Assembly: GCA_965277715.1 (NCBI GenBank)
Contig: OZ255836.1
Span: 4,096,001 to 4,160,000 of the forward strand
Reading direction: 5' to 3'
From: Gammaproteobacteria bacterium
GTDB taxonomy: Bacteria > Pseudomonadota > Gammaproteobacteria > JBCCGL01
DNA length: 64,000 bases
Position numbers and translations under genes: made by a program. The notes beneath the pieces are model-generated. The model saw only the letters and a list, made by a program, of their open reading frames with translations, had not been told where the DNA came from and did no database searches. Shown here piece by piece: positions 51,504 to 61,416 of this stretch. How positions within the stretch are numbered: the first letter of the stretch is position 1; the number at the start of each line of letters is the position of its first letter.

Positions 51504-51507
51504 GCTT

Positions 51508-51654
51508 TTACTCTTCGCTAGTCAACACCAAACACCCGTCCATCACTCTGACCTTCACTGGCGAATCAATCTCAAATCCCGCTTTGATTAACCAATGGCC
51601 TTTGAGGTGAATCTCGCCAATGGGTGTGCGCTGTCGGCAGTTCTGGCTGAAATA
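51508..51654 (-). pseudogene. symE: SymE-family toxin, 5'-truncated remnant
   Basis: Manual translation ...IHLKGHWLIKAGFEIDSPVKVRVMDGCLVLTSEE*; the upstream part is replaced by a GCCTGACCCC element end and the IS. Confidence 0.75.
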
Positions 51655-51675
51655 AAAGGAAAAGGGGTCAGGCTA

Positions 51676-53241
51676 GAATGGCACTTCCTTAAGCTCTAAG
51701 TACATGAAAAATATGGAAGTACTTTCATTGTAAATGACCTATTTCTGTTTTTTGGGATGGCCATATTTTTTAACAACACTTCTGGCCACGTCCCTTGGCT
51801 GCATCAATAAAGGATACGGTTTGGGTCTTCGTTTAACCACTCTTGGTTCAATACGCCCCGGTCGATTACCCACACAGTTTTCTGCAATCAACGCACATAG
51901 CGCCAACACCTTATCACTACCCAGAGGGCTACCGCCTTTCTGATAACGATACGTTACCCAAATTTGTAACGTATGCTTAAAACTTATCTGTCGAGGCAGT
52001 ATGTCCACTAGTAAGGCAGATTGCGCCATTAATAAGCGAATAAGGTTGTAAGCTAATATGTGTACCCACATTTCCTTCTCAACCATTTCTGGCGTCTTAC
52101 AACGGAAAGTGTGCATCTTCATTGTCGTTTTTATATGGCGTAAATCAAGTTCGACATGCCAGCGTTCTTTGTAGAGCTGTTTAAGCGCCTCTTTAGACGC
52201 CGATTTAACTGATAACAACGTTGTCACCAACAGTTTTTTACCCACTTTCAGTTCACGTATAACCACTTCATCAGCAGCCGCTTCATAGGCTTCTTCGCTC
52301 ATCCACTCTGGTCTCTTCTTGGGCTTTGTATAACAAATCAGATGATCCTTCGATCCAAGCCTTTTGCCTTCTCGAAAATCTGTGGATTTACGCCGCGCAC
52401 CATGCGGCTCAAATACACCGTCTACTCCTTGCTCTATAAGGTTTGCTAGAAAAAAATAACCCGCAAAATAGGCATCACCCACCACAATATCACCCGGTTT
52501 AAGCGCATTTTGTATTTTTCTCAATAACGTTTGCTCATCCGCTCCCTTACCTTTAAAAGGACCCATTGCCGCATCGAGAACACCACCACTGGCTAAACAA
52601 ATAATTCCTACCCAGCGACAAAGAGGAAAACCGATCCCCACTTGCTGGCCTGACTGTTGCGGATAAACTACCTGATTTTCAGGCGTATCGGGCATTGTCA
52701 CAGTGGTGCCGTCAACCAATTTAACTGAACGCCCTTGCCAGTGCCAGTGACTGGCCGCTTCATTCGCCACACACTCGCCTGTACAACGGGCAAGCCCTGA
52801 GACGAGGGGGGTTGGCAGCCTTTGTCGCGCTTTACAATAACTCCCTGTATACGTATTACTCACTGATAAACCTTCACTTAATCGCTGTACAGCGAGTGTG
52901 TTGACAGCTTGTTGGCAGGACTGATCTGCACTCATTGTTTGGTATAAAAACAGCGATAAGGTATCTAGAGGAGGATAGCGACGCGCTCGAAAATCCGGTT
53001 GTAATTCTTCCAGTTTCGTAAGTAACTGAGAGGATGTCAGCAAGTGATAAAAACTCAATGCATCCGAGGATTGAGCTCGGCTTTTGATGCGACGTTGAAG
53101 AATGTTGACTTTTACATTACTCTGCATGATGGCTGGTTCCTGTGGGATAAAGGGTATTTGTGTTGGCAACAAATAACCTACCATAGAACCAGCTTTTTTT
53201 GTAATTACTTCAAATACTTACAGCTTAAGGAAGTGCCATTC
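51676..53241 (-). mobile_element. IS4-family insertion sequence
   Basis: Perfect 20-bp terminal inverted repeats GAATGGCACTTCCTTAAGCT / AGCTTAAGGAAGTGCCATTC, extending imperfectly to about 33 bp and enclosing one transposase. Confidence 0.92.
51739..53127 (-). CDS. IS4-family DDE transposase
   Basis: LVDGT, VGDAYF and Y..RW.VE...R..K (YREK signature); C-terminal RPGRIEPRVVKRRPK. Confidence 0.93.
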   Translation of the reverse strand: MQSNVKVNILQRRIKSRAQSSDALSFYHLLTSSQLLTKLEELQPDFRARRYPPLDTLSLFLYQTMSADQSCQQAVNTLAVQRLSEGLSVSNTYTGSYCKARQRLPTPLVSGLARCTGECVANEAASHWHWQGRSVKLVDGTTVTMPDTPENQVVYPQQSGQQVGIGFPLCRWVGIICLASGGVLDAAMGPFKGKGADEQTLLRKIQNALKPGDIVVGDAYFAGYFFLANLIEQGVDGVFEPHGARRKSTDFREGKRLGSKDHLICYTKPKKRPEWMSEEAYEAAADEVVIRELKVGKKLLVTTLLSVKSASKEALKQLYKERWHVELDLRHIKTTMKMHTFRCKTPEMVEKEMWVHILAYNLIRLLMAQSALLVDILPRQISFKHTLQIWVTYRYQKGGSPLGSDKVLALCALIAENCVGNRPGRIEPRVVKRRPKPYPLLMQPRDVARSVVKKYGHPKKQK

Positions 53242-53359
53242 GGGTCAAGGCAGTTATTTCCTATATTTCTTGCTGGAAACCACTGTTTTTATCCGTATTA
53301 GTCGTTGTATGGTGAATAATAAGCCTGACCCTCTTGCCTCCCTTGCCTCCCTTGCTTTC
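53242..53359. repeat. 92-bp element, copy 3, abutting the IS end, with a reiterated tail
   Basis: GGGTCAAGGC...GCCTGACCC followed by CTTGCCTCC-CTTGCCTCC-CTTGCTTTC. Confidence 0.9.
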
Positions 53360-53440
53360 TAATAGTAATCTCCAAAGTGCACACGGTGATAATCGGACTA
53401 CACGCAGAGGAGGTTGTTTTGTTTATTGGGGAGGGCCGAG

Positions 53441-53941
53441 ATGTTGAATTTATGTAGAACACTTCAATCTTTATTTCTATTTTTTGGGGCAAGTTATATA
53501 TCCGTGTGTGATGCTGAACTGAACAAAAAATATGAAAAAGTCATCGATAAAAATATTCTTGGGCAAGAAATAGCCACTCTCTACGATAAATTTGGTTACC
53601 TTAAACTTGAAGTTGACAATGAATATGCCGATCTAGATAGGTTAGAAAGATATTGGTTGGCTATAGACTCACATTATGAGTTTCTAACCTTGCGTACAAT
53701 AAATGATCTTGTTGTAGAAGTAATCATTCGAAACCCGGACATAAAGACTGAGCGCGGAATAACAGTTGGAAAAAAACTGGATGAGTTTATCAAGTCTTAT
53801 CCAGATGCAAATAAGCTTAACACGTACACAAGTGGTATAAAGAGGCAGTTAATCGCTTATTGTGTTGAGAGTGAGAAACTAGAGGTAGAGTTTTACGAAG
53901 GTAAGATATTCGTTTTGAAAATTCTCGATGAATGTCATTGA
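53441..53941 (+). CDS. Exported hypothetical protein, candidate immunity protein
   Basis: GGGGAGG RBS, signal-like N-terminus, KTERGITVG...YP motif; AT-rich. Confidence 0.65.
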   Translation: MLNLCRTLQSLFLFFGASYISVCDAELNKKYEKVIDKNILGQEIATLYDKFGYLKLEVDNEYADLDRLERYWLAIDSHYEFLTLRTINDLVVEVIIRNPDIKTERGITVGKKLDEFIKSYPDANKLNTYTSGIKRQLIAYCVESEKLEVEFYEGKIFVLKILDECH

Positions 53942-54190
53942 TATAACCTAAAAGGAAAATGTAGCGTACCGCTTTCTGATCGTATAAATTCCCAAATTAT
54001 CGATCATAATATTTTTCAGTTTTTCGACGTTTTTGCCACACTCTGATCATAACAAAAAATATTTTTACCCTATTAAAATCTGACATTTTACCTATCTATA
54101 TCATACCGGTACGATAACGTCGGCTGGCAACGATACTCTCGTAGGCTGCTCTTTATGATGTCATGGGTTAATTTGTAACAGGGAGCACAT

Positions 54191-54213
54191 AGCCTGACAC
54201 AGGGGGTCAGGCT
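54191..54213. repeat. Short palindrome made of two element-like ends
   Basis: AGCCTGAC-acagggg-GTCAGGCT. Confidence 0.7.
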
Positions 54214-54500
54214 TTGTCTTATAACGCAAAACTACCCCATGGTTGGGTAGATGTTGCGACATTTGCCCGCCTAAATCCTAAAATTAAAGGCGTGGGTACT
54301 AGTTTGTTTCAAGCCACTACGGACTTTGCACGAGGTAAGGACTTTGAATATATCAATGCAACCATAAGAGCGGATAATACAGCAGGGCTTCATACTATTC
54401 CAAAATGGGGTTTGTCGATTATTCGGTCGCTAAAGATGTCCCTTTGCAGGACGGCACACCGGTTGATCGTATCTCTAAAAAATATAATTTGCTGACCTAA
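54214..54500 (+). pseudogene. GNAT acetyltransferase remnant (5'-truncated, frameshifted)
   Basis: GVGTSLF...INATIRADNTAGL, then after a frameshift near 54390 YYSKMGFVDY...DGTPVDRISKKY. Confidence 0.75.
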
Positions 54501-54525
54501 TCGTGTTGTAATTAACAGTTTTTGA

Positions 54526-54900
54526 CTACTGCGAAAACTCACTTCGCTGCCTCACTGCTTTACGTAAATTTTTTAGTTTAGTTGAATTATGTTCTCTATA
54601 CATAATCTCTGAACCATGCTCAAGCTCTTCATAGATTGGCAGTAGTTCGGTTACACCTTCAAAAATCCATTGCACGGGAATTCCTTCAGACCCACCCTTG
54701 TATGGTTCTGTTTGATATTTAGCTTCTTCAGTAATTTTATCGTAAGCATCTTCTAAATTTTCTGCTTGGATGATTATTGTATTTTCCCAAGCCGTAAATC
54801 TTTTTTCTGGATCTTCGTTTCCCTGTTCTTCTAACGCTACAAAGCGAATTATGTAGGAAGCAACATACCATCCAACTGGGGAAATATTCTTATCACTCAT
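54526..54900 (-). CDS. DUF4288-like protein
   Basis: MSDKNISPVGWYVASY, WEN..IIQA...AYDK, W.FEGVTELLPIYEELEHGSEI. Confidence 0.7.
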   Translation of the reverse strand: MSDKNISPVGWYVASYIIRFVALEEQGNEDPEKRFTAWENTIIIQAENLEDAYDKITEEAKYQTEPYKGGSEGIPVQWIFEGVTELLPIYEELEHGSEIMYREHNSTKLKNLRKAVRQRSEFSQ

Positions 54901-55173
54901 GCTTATACCTAACGCTCGCGATTGTAATATCACACCAAGGTTGGTCGCTGCAATATTATTGTCAGTTATATAGGGGGCAAGTATCATATTGAACGCTATA
55001 GATTAAATCACGTAAAATCGAAATAAAAGAGCTCGAATATATTTAATTTTTTAAAAAATATTTTCAGTAGAAATTTGTGTTACCACATTATCGTTATAAC
55101 GCAGTGATGCTACTATGATCATAATATGGTTGAAAAACGCTGGTTTGTACAACAGTCGTTTGGTAAGTAACAT

Positions 55174-56334
55174 TTATTTATAAGGATCAGCCGCATCTCG
55201 CAAACCATCACCAAAAAAGTTAAACGCTAAAATAATCAACACGACAGGCACTACGGGAAACATTAACCACGGGTACAGTGCGACTACATTGATATTTTGC
55301 GCTTCGTTGAGCAGCACGCCCCAACTGGTGATCGGTGGTCGCAGGCCGAGGCCAAGGAAGCTCAAGGCGGTTTCACCGAGTATCATCGCCGGAATAGAGA
55401 GTGTCGCCGAGGCGATCAGGTGGCTCATAAAGCCGGGTAATAAATGGCGTCCAATAATCCGCCCCGGTTTTGCGCCCATCAGTTCAGCCGCTGTGCAGTA
55501 ATCCTCCTCGCGCAATGCCAGTAGTTTGGAGCGAACGGCGCGTGCCAGCCCAGTCCAGTCGAGCATGGCGAGGATGACGGTGATGCCAAAGAAAATGAGA
55601 ATCGGGCTCCAGTTGACGGGCAGTACCGCCGAGAGTGCCATCCACAGAGGCAGTTCAGGGAATGAGCGGATAATTTCTATACAGCGCTGCACACTCGCAT
55701 CAACCCAGCCACCGTAGTAACCCGCCAACCCGCCAATCAGTATGCCGAAGGCAAAACTGATGAAGATGCCAACCAGGCCAATCGTCAATGAAATACGCGC
55801 ACCATAGGTGATGCGGGAAAACATATCGCGCCCCAAACGGTCGGTACCCAGCAGAAAGAAGGTGCCGTTCTCTGGGGGACAGACGATATGGAAACTACCT
55901 TCAAACAGACCCCAGAACTGGTAGCTGTCGCCGCTGCAAAAAAACCGCAGAGGTTGCACGTCATTAGGCCTTTCTGGGTAGTTGCGTTTGAGAATTTCCA
56001 TATCCAGTACGTAGTCACGCCCATAAACAAAGGGGCCGATAAATTCGCCATTGTGGAACAGGTGCACGCTTTGTGGCGGCGAGTAGATATAGTCGGTATT
56101 GCGTGTATGCAGGTTATATGGTGCGATAATTTCGCTAAATAATACCGAGCCGTAGTTGAGCGCGAGGATAATGCCGCAGATAACCGCCAGGCGGTGGCGT
56201 TTGAGTTTCCACCACATCAGCATCCATTGCGAGGCGAGGTAGTATTTTTCCTGTGCCGGTGTTAGCGATTCGATTGACTGCGGGTCAAAGGTCGCGCTGG
56301 ACACATAGTGTTCTATACGGTCTTGTCGGCTCAT
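55174..56334 (-). CDS. Peptide/nickel ABC transporter permease (DppC-like)
   Basis: LGTDRLGRD, GARISL, EAA-loop region, ETALSFLGLG, GDGLRDA.DP. Confidence 0.95.
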   Translation of the reverse strand: MSRQDRIEHYVSSATFDPQSIESLTPAQEKYYLASQWMLMWWKLKRHRLAVICGIILALNYGSVLFSEIIAPYNLHTRNTDYIYSPPQSVHLFHNGEFIGPFVYGRDYVLDMEILKRNYPERPNDVQPLRFFCSGDSYQFWGLFEGSFHIVCPPENGTFFLLGTDRLGRDMFSRITYGARISLTIGLVGIFISFAFGILIGGLAGYYGGWVDASVQRCIEIIRSFPELPLWMALSAVLPVNWSPILIFFGITVILAMLDWTGLARAVRSKLLALREEDYCTAAELMGAKPGRIIGRHLLPGFMSHLIASATLSIPAMILGETALSFLGLGLRPPITSWGVLLNEAQNINVVALYPWLMFPVVPVVLIILAFNFFGDGLRDAADPYK

Positions 56335-57329
56335 TTCGCCAGGTCTCCCTGTAAACGGATGCGCGGATCAAGCAGGGCCAGCGCTATATCGGAAACCAGT
56401 ACACCGAATACGGTGAGTACAGCGAGAAACATCAGGAAGGAGCCCGCCAGGTACATATCCTGGCTTTGCAGCGCTGCCAATAGAATCGGCCCGGTGGTGG
56501 GAAGCGACATGACCACTGCGACGATCTCAGCACCTGAGATTACAGTGGGCAGTAAATTGCCAATGTCGGCAATAAAGAAATTCAGCGATACCCGCAAAGG
56601 GTATTTCCTCAGTAGTTTACCCGGTGGCAGGCCTTTCGCCCGGCCCGTCACTACGTATTGTTTTTGCAGTTCGTCGAGCAGGTTGGCACGCAACCGGCGG
56701 ATCATACCGGCGGTTCCCGAGGTGCCGATAACAACGACTGGTATCCACAGGTGTTCCAGCACCGAGATTAGTTTGTCGACGCTCCACGGTGCATCGATGT
56801 ACTCGGCTGCCATCAGGCCGCCAATCGAGGTGCCAAAATACACATTGGCAAAGTACAACATCACCAGTGCCAACAGAAAATTGGGTGTGGCCAGGCCGAG
56901 AAAACCCAATAGTGATAAACCGTAATCGCCCCAGCTATATTGGTGTGTCGCCGAGTAGATGCCAATCGGGAAAGCCACCGCCCAGGTGAATAGGATCGTG
57001 ACGGCAGAAATCAGCACGGTGAGAAACAAGCGGTCACCGACGACATCGGTAACGGGCAGGTTGTATTCAAATGAGTAGCCAAAATCACCTTGCAGCATAC
57101 CGGTGACCCAGAAAAAATATTGTTTGTAGAGTGGTTGATCCAGTCGGTATTGCTCGCGGAGAAAGGCGATTTTTTGTTCGTCGACAGACTCACCCTGGCT
57201 TTGCAGCTCGGCCATATAGCTTTCCAGGTAGTCACCCGGTGGCAATTGAATGATGACAAACACCAGTATGCTGATGACCAACAGCGTGGGGATCATCGTC
57301 AACAGACGACGAATAATATAGGTGGCCAT
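56331..57329 (-). CDS. Peptide/nickel ABC transporter permease (DppB-like)
   Basis: YIIRR, PPGD, GDFGYS, RAKGL, LDPRIR. Confidence 0.95.
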   Translation of the reverse strand: MATYIIRRLLTMIPTLLVISILVFVIIQLPPGDYLESYMAELQSQGESVDEQKIAFLREQYRLDQPLYKQYFFWVTGMLQGDFGYSFEYNLPVTDVVGDRLFLTVLISAVTILFTWAVAFPIGIYSATHQYSWGDYGLSLLGFLGLATPNFLLALVMLYFANVYFGTSIGGLMAAEYIDAPWSVDKLISVLEHLWIPVVVIGTSGTAGMIRRLRANLLDELQKQYVVTGRAKGLPPGKLLRKYPLRVSLNFFIADIGNLLPTVISGAEIVAVVMSLPTTGPILLAALQSQDMYLAGSFLMFLAVLTVFGVLVSDIALALLDPRIRLQGDLAK

Positions 57330-59242
57330 TAGCGTCGTGCCTCGTCGAACCAAAAAGTATCGGGTTTATAAATACCAAAATAAGCGCCGGGTTCGATGTC
57401 GTAAAAACCCTGTTTTGGCACGTTGTGCAGGTGGTTATTCACCACCACCGGGTGTTGTACACCGGTGATGATGCCAATGCTGAATAATTGATCCCGGTGT
57501 ATCGCCAGCATACGGTGCCATATGCGTTCACGCTCCGCTACGGTGGCCGCCTGTCGCCATGCTTTGTTTAAACTCACCAGCTCTATAGCACCTGGCAGGT
57601 TGGGTGGTTCGCCACTTGCGCCGCTGCTCTCGTAGTATTGTCCCCATTTGGGCCACTGGTATTGGTATTTAGAGGTGGGTGCCAGATCCGCCGGACTGGA
57701 GTTGGGGGTTGGCAGGGCGTTAGCCAGGCCAGACCAGATCGACATAACCGCGTCGCCGGAAAAGATACGGTTGCGAAATACTTCGCGGGTTGAGGGGATG
57801 CTGTAGAGCTTGATACCGACCTTTAGCCAACTGTCGTGGATCAATTCGAGTACATCGGTTTGCTCGGTGCTCTCGCCAGCGGTTTGAATCAGAATTTCCA
57901 ATGGGCGACCATCTGGCATCAGGCGCACACCGCGATCATCGCGTTCGGTGAGACCGAGTTCGTCGAGTAGGGCGTTGGCTTGTGCCAGGTCGTATTCGAT
58001 CCAGGATTTTTGGTATTCCGGTTTAAACATTGGGCATTCAGGTAATACTGTGTTGTTGCTTTCCATCACCAGGCGAAAATAGACTACCTGATTGATTTCG
58101 TAGCGGTGAATGGCCAGGGATAGCGCCCGCCTGAAACGCACATCGCGTAGCAGGGTGCGGATGACTTCATCGTTGGTGTTCAGGTTGGGAAACAGTGCAA
58201 TGTGCGAGCCTTTGGCCGTTTTCCACAGGCGCACATCAAAGTTGTTGCGCTTGGCCGATTGCTTAAGAAAGGTGTAGTTGTCCATGCGCAGATAGCGGGC
58301 CTGTAGGTCTGCCTCACCTGCACCGGCTTTGGCTGGTACCAGTTTACTGGAGGCAATGTTGATGGCGATGCTGTCGATATACGGCAATTGACGGCCATTA
58401 CTGTCGATGCGGTGGTAGTAGGGGTTGCGCTTGAAGATAAACCGTTCTGATGGTGGATAGGTGGTATTCACCCAGGGTTGCAGTGTGGGTAAGTCCGGGT
58501 TGGTGGCTTTGTAGGGACGGTCATGGTTGACGTGTACCCCCATCCAGTTGCGCGCTTTGTACTGCTCAATCAGTTCGGCTATGCGGGCCTCACTTTGGTA
58601 GCGTTTGTGAAATTGGCGCAGGTAGTGGGCGGGCTTGTAAATGTATAACGGGCGGGGGGCTGCCAATGCCGGTAGAAAAAACGGGTTTGGTTGCGACCAG
58701 CTATAGCGCACTGTGTATGCGTCGATAAATTCGACTGTGGGTGCTTCACCGTCGATTAATAATTGTTTGGGTGGCCCGCCTTTGGCAAGCTCCGGGTCGT
58801 TGGCGATGTCTTCCCAGTAGTAGCGAAAATCATCGCTGGTGAATGGGTGTCCGTCTGACCAGCGGTGGCCTTTGCGCAGGTGCAGAGTAAAAATGCGCTC
58901 CTGCTCAATGTCGATGCTTTCCAGAATATCGGCTTGCAAGGTCAAGTCAGGGGTGTAACCCACCAGGCGTGCGTAGCCATAAATCACAATTTGGCGGATG
59001 TCTTTCTGTTTGCCCATCAGTAAGCGCATTTGCCCACCGTGCTTACCGGGTTTGAATTCACCTTCGAAGGTCACTAGCTGCGCCTGCTTGGGGATGCGTT
59101 CACCGACCGGTGGCAACTCACCACTGTCCACCTGTTGTTGCAGTGATGGGGTTTCGATGAGTGTCGCAGCGCCTGCCGGTTTATACACGGTGCCAGGCAA
59201 TACGGTACTGGCGACGATCAGGGTAATAGCTAGGTACTTCAC
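57329..59242 (-). CDS. Family 5 ABC substrate-binding protein
   Basis: Signal peptide, [39 protein letters not shown]. Confidence 0.93.
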   Translation of the reverse strand: MKYLAITLIVASTVLPGTVYKPAGAATLIETPSLQQQVDSGELPPVGERIPKQAQLVTFEGEFKPGKHGGQMRLLMGKQKDIRQIVIYGYARLVGYTPDLTLQADILESIDIEQERIFTLHLRKGHRWSDGHPFTSDDFRYYWEDIANDPELAKGGPPKQLLIDGEAPTVEFIDAYTVRYSWSQPNPFFLPALAAPRPLYIYKPAHYLRQFHKRYQSEARIAELIEQYKARNWMGVHVNHDRPYKATNPDLPTLQPWVNTTYPPSERFIFKRNPYYHRIDSNGRQLPYIDSIAINIASSKLVPAKAGAGEADLQARYLRMDNYTFLKQSAKRNNFDVRLWKTAKGSHIALFPNLNTNDEVIRTLLRDVRFRRALSLAIHRYEINQVVYFRLVMESNNTVLPECPMFKPEYQKSWIEYDLAQANALLDELGLTERDDRGVRLMPDGRPLEILIQTAGESTEQTDVLELIHDSWLKVGIKLYSIPSTREVFRNRIFSGDAVMSIWSGLANALPTPNSSPADLAPTSKYQYQWPKWGQYYESSGASGEPPNLPGAIELVSLNKAWRQAATVAERERIWHRMLAIHRDQLFSIGIITGVQHPVVVNNHLHNVPKQGFYDIEPGAYFGIYKPDTFWFDEARR

Positions 59243-61137
59243 GCGGCCAGCTCCGAGGGGTTGCAATGGGCGGCGACACGTACAAAGTGCCCGTCACCCA
59301 ATGGCAGAAAGGTCATAGGCGAATTGCCATCAATGGTAAAAGGGGGGTGCCATAGCGAAGGGTCAGAGGCGGCACCGTCGGTAATGGCCGTAAAATCGAG
59401 CGGTTGGTTCAACTCGGGGTGCGGTACGGCGGAGAGTAAGGCCTGTGTATAAGGGTGTACTGGGTTGGCGAACAATACCTCGCGGGGGGCCATTTCCACC
59501 AGCCGACCACGGCACATTACGGCAATGCGGTCGGCGATATAGTTGATGACGGCCAGGTTGTGTGAGATAAAAATATAGGTTAACCCCAGTTCTTGTTGCA
59601 GGTCTTTGAGTAAATTCAGCACCTGTGCCTGAATCGATACATCGAGCGCCGATACCGGCTCATCACAGATCAATAAATCGGGTTGTAGTGACAGTGCGCG
59701 GGCGATACCGATGCGCTGTCGCTGGCCGCCGGAGAAGCTGTGTGGGTAACGGTTTAAGAAGCGTGGGTCCATACCCACTAAGCGCATCAGCTCGGTGGTG
59801 GTGTCGCGCTGTGAAGCGTGATCCCCCATTTTATGCACGACCAGAGGTTCACGTAAAATATCAAAAATAGTCATTCTGGGGCTAAGCGCGCTGAAAGGGT
59901 CCTGGAAAATAAACTGCATTTTGCGACGGAAAGCCGATAAGGCATCACCTTTGAGAGCACGCACATCGATCAGTTGCCCGCGATCATTGTATTCGATTTT
60001 ACCTGTATCGGGTGTAATGGCGCGCATGATGATTTTGCTCAATGTGGTCTTGCCACAACCGCTTTCACCCACCAACCCAAAGCACTCGCCCTGCTTTACA
60101 TCGAAAGATACATCGTCGACCGCCAGCAGTTTTGAGGCCTGATTGCCGAACCAGCTGCCACTGTGCAGCGTATAGGCTTTGCTGATGCCCTGAATGCGCA
60201 GGTGCGGTGTATCGGCACTGTTTTCCGGCCAGGGCGTTTTATTTTTACCGATAGAGCCAATTTCATATTTGATTTCCCGCACGGGCACCAGGCGCTCCCC
60301 CTCGTCCATATCAAAGCGCGGCACCGCGTGCATCAGGGCATTCAGGTAAGGGTGCTCAGGTTTGCTGAACAAGGTATCCAGCGGGCCGCTCTCCATGATC
60401 TTACCGTGGTACATCACAACAACCTGATCGGCCATATTGGCGACTACCCCGAGGTCGTGGGTAATCAGTAGCAGGGCCATGCCCAGTTCGTTTTGCAGTT
60501 CTTTAATCAGCTTGAGAATACGCGCCTGAATGGTGACATCCAGTGCAGTGGTGGGTTCATCGGCAATCAGCAGCGTGGGGCGGCAGATCATCGCCATCGC
60601 AATCATGGCGCGTTGGCGCAGCCCGCCGGACAGTTCAAAGGGATACATGCGCAATGCACGGCGGGGGTTGGGGAAACCGACCTGACCGAGCATCGCCTCG
60701 GTAAGTTTTAAGCCCTCCTGGGGGCTGGCATCGCGGTGTAGAAACAGGGCCTCGCTAATCTGGTCGCCAATGGTATGTACGGGGGACAGCGAGGTCATGG
60801 GCTCCTGGAAAATAATGGAGACGCGGCCACCGCGAATCTGGCGCATGGCGGCACTTTCCGGGTCGAGTGCTGCGATATCGGTAAACGCATCGCTGTTATC
60901 ACCCTGATGATTGTTGGCGAGGTCATTATTCGCCAGTAGAATATGACCGGCAGTAATGCGTGCGGCACGCGGCAAAATGCCCATTATCGCCTGCGAAGTG
61001 ACCGATTTGCCAGAGCCGGATTCCCCTACCAGCGCGACCGTTTCACCGGGGTTTATGCCAAACGATACGTCGCTGACCGCAGCAATTGGGTTGCCGTGTA
61101 GATTGAAATCGACGGCTAAATTTTCTACTGACAACAA
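59239..61137 (-). CDS. Fused double-domain peptide ABC ATPase
   Basis: Two Walker A motifs ([16 protein letters not shown]), two signatures (LSGG, FSGGQ), HPY motifs. Confidence 0.95.
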   Translation of the reverse strand: MLSVENLAVDFNLHGNPIAAVSDVSFGINPGETVALVGESGSGKSVTSQAIMGILPRAARITAGHILLANNDLANNHQGDNSDAFTDIAALDPESAAMRQIRGGRVSIIFQEPMTSLSPVHTIGDQISEALFLHRDASPQEGLKLTEAMLGQVGFPNPRRALRMYPFELSGGLRQRAMIAMAMICRPTLLIADEPTTALDVTIQARILKLIKELQNELGMALLLITHDLGVVANMADQVVVMYHGKIMESGPLDTLFSKPEHPYLNALMHAVPRFDMDEGERLVPVREIKYEIGSIGKNKTPWPENSADTPHLRIQGISKAYTLHSGSWFGNQASKLLAVDDVSFDVKQGECFGLVGESGCGKTTLSKIIMRAITPDTGKIEYNDRGQLIDVRALKGDALSAFRRKMQFIFQDPFSALSPRMTIFDILREPLVVHKMGDHASQRDTTTELMRLVGMDPRFLNRYPHSFSGGQRQRIGIARALSLQPDLLICDEPVSALDVSIQAQVLNLLKDLQQELGLTYIFISHNLAVINYIADRIAVMCRGRLVEMAPREVLFANPVHPYTQALLSAVPHPELNQPLDFTAITDGAASDPSLWHPPFTIDGNSPMTFLPLGDGHFVRVAAHCNPSELAA

Positions 61138-61416
61138 GGCGGATTGTTTTGTTGTGTTGTTAATAAATCGCTCCTCATTTGGCCTGGCGGTTGGCTATCT
61201 TGCTTGTTTGGCACATTTAGATACCCGGTTGTTATATCACCATAAAGCCGCTTATTTTACCGTGCTGATGCCATTTACACAGCCACGGTATTTTTAGTGT
61301 GATCCTTTATAACGGATTTTTGGTTTTGGTTCGACTTAATATTGATTTTTTACGCTAGACGCCATGTATTTACTTGGTATTTGCTTGTGTACAAGTTAAT
61401 ACATGGGGTCTAGATC

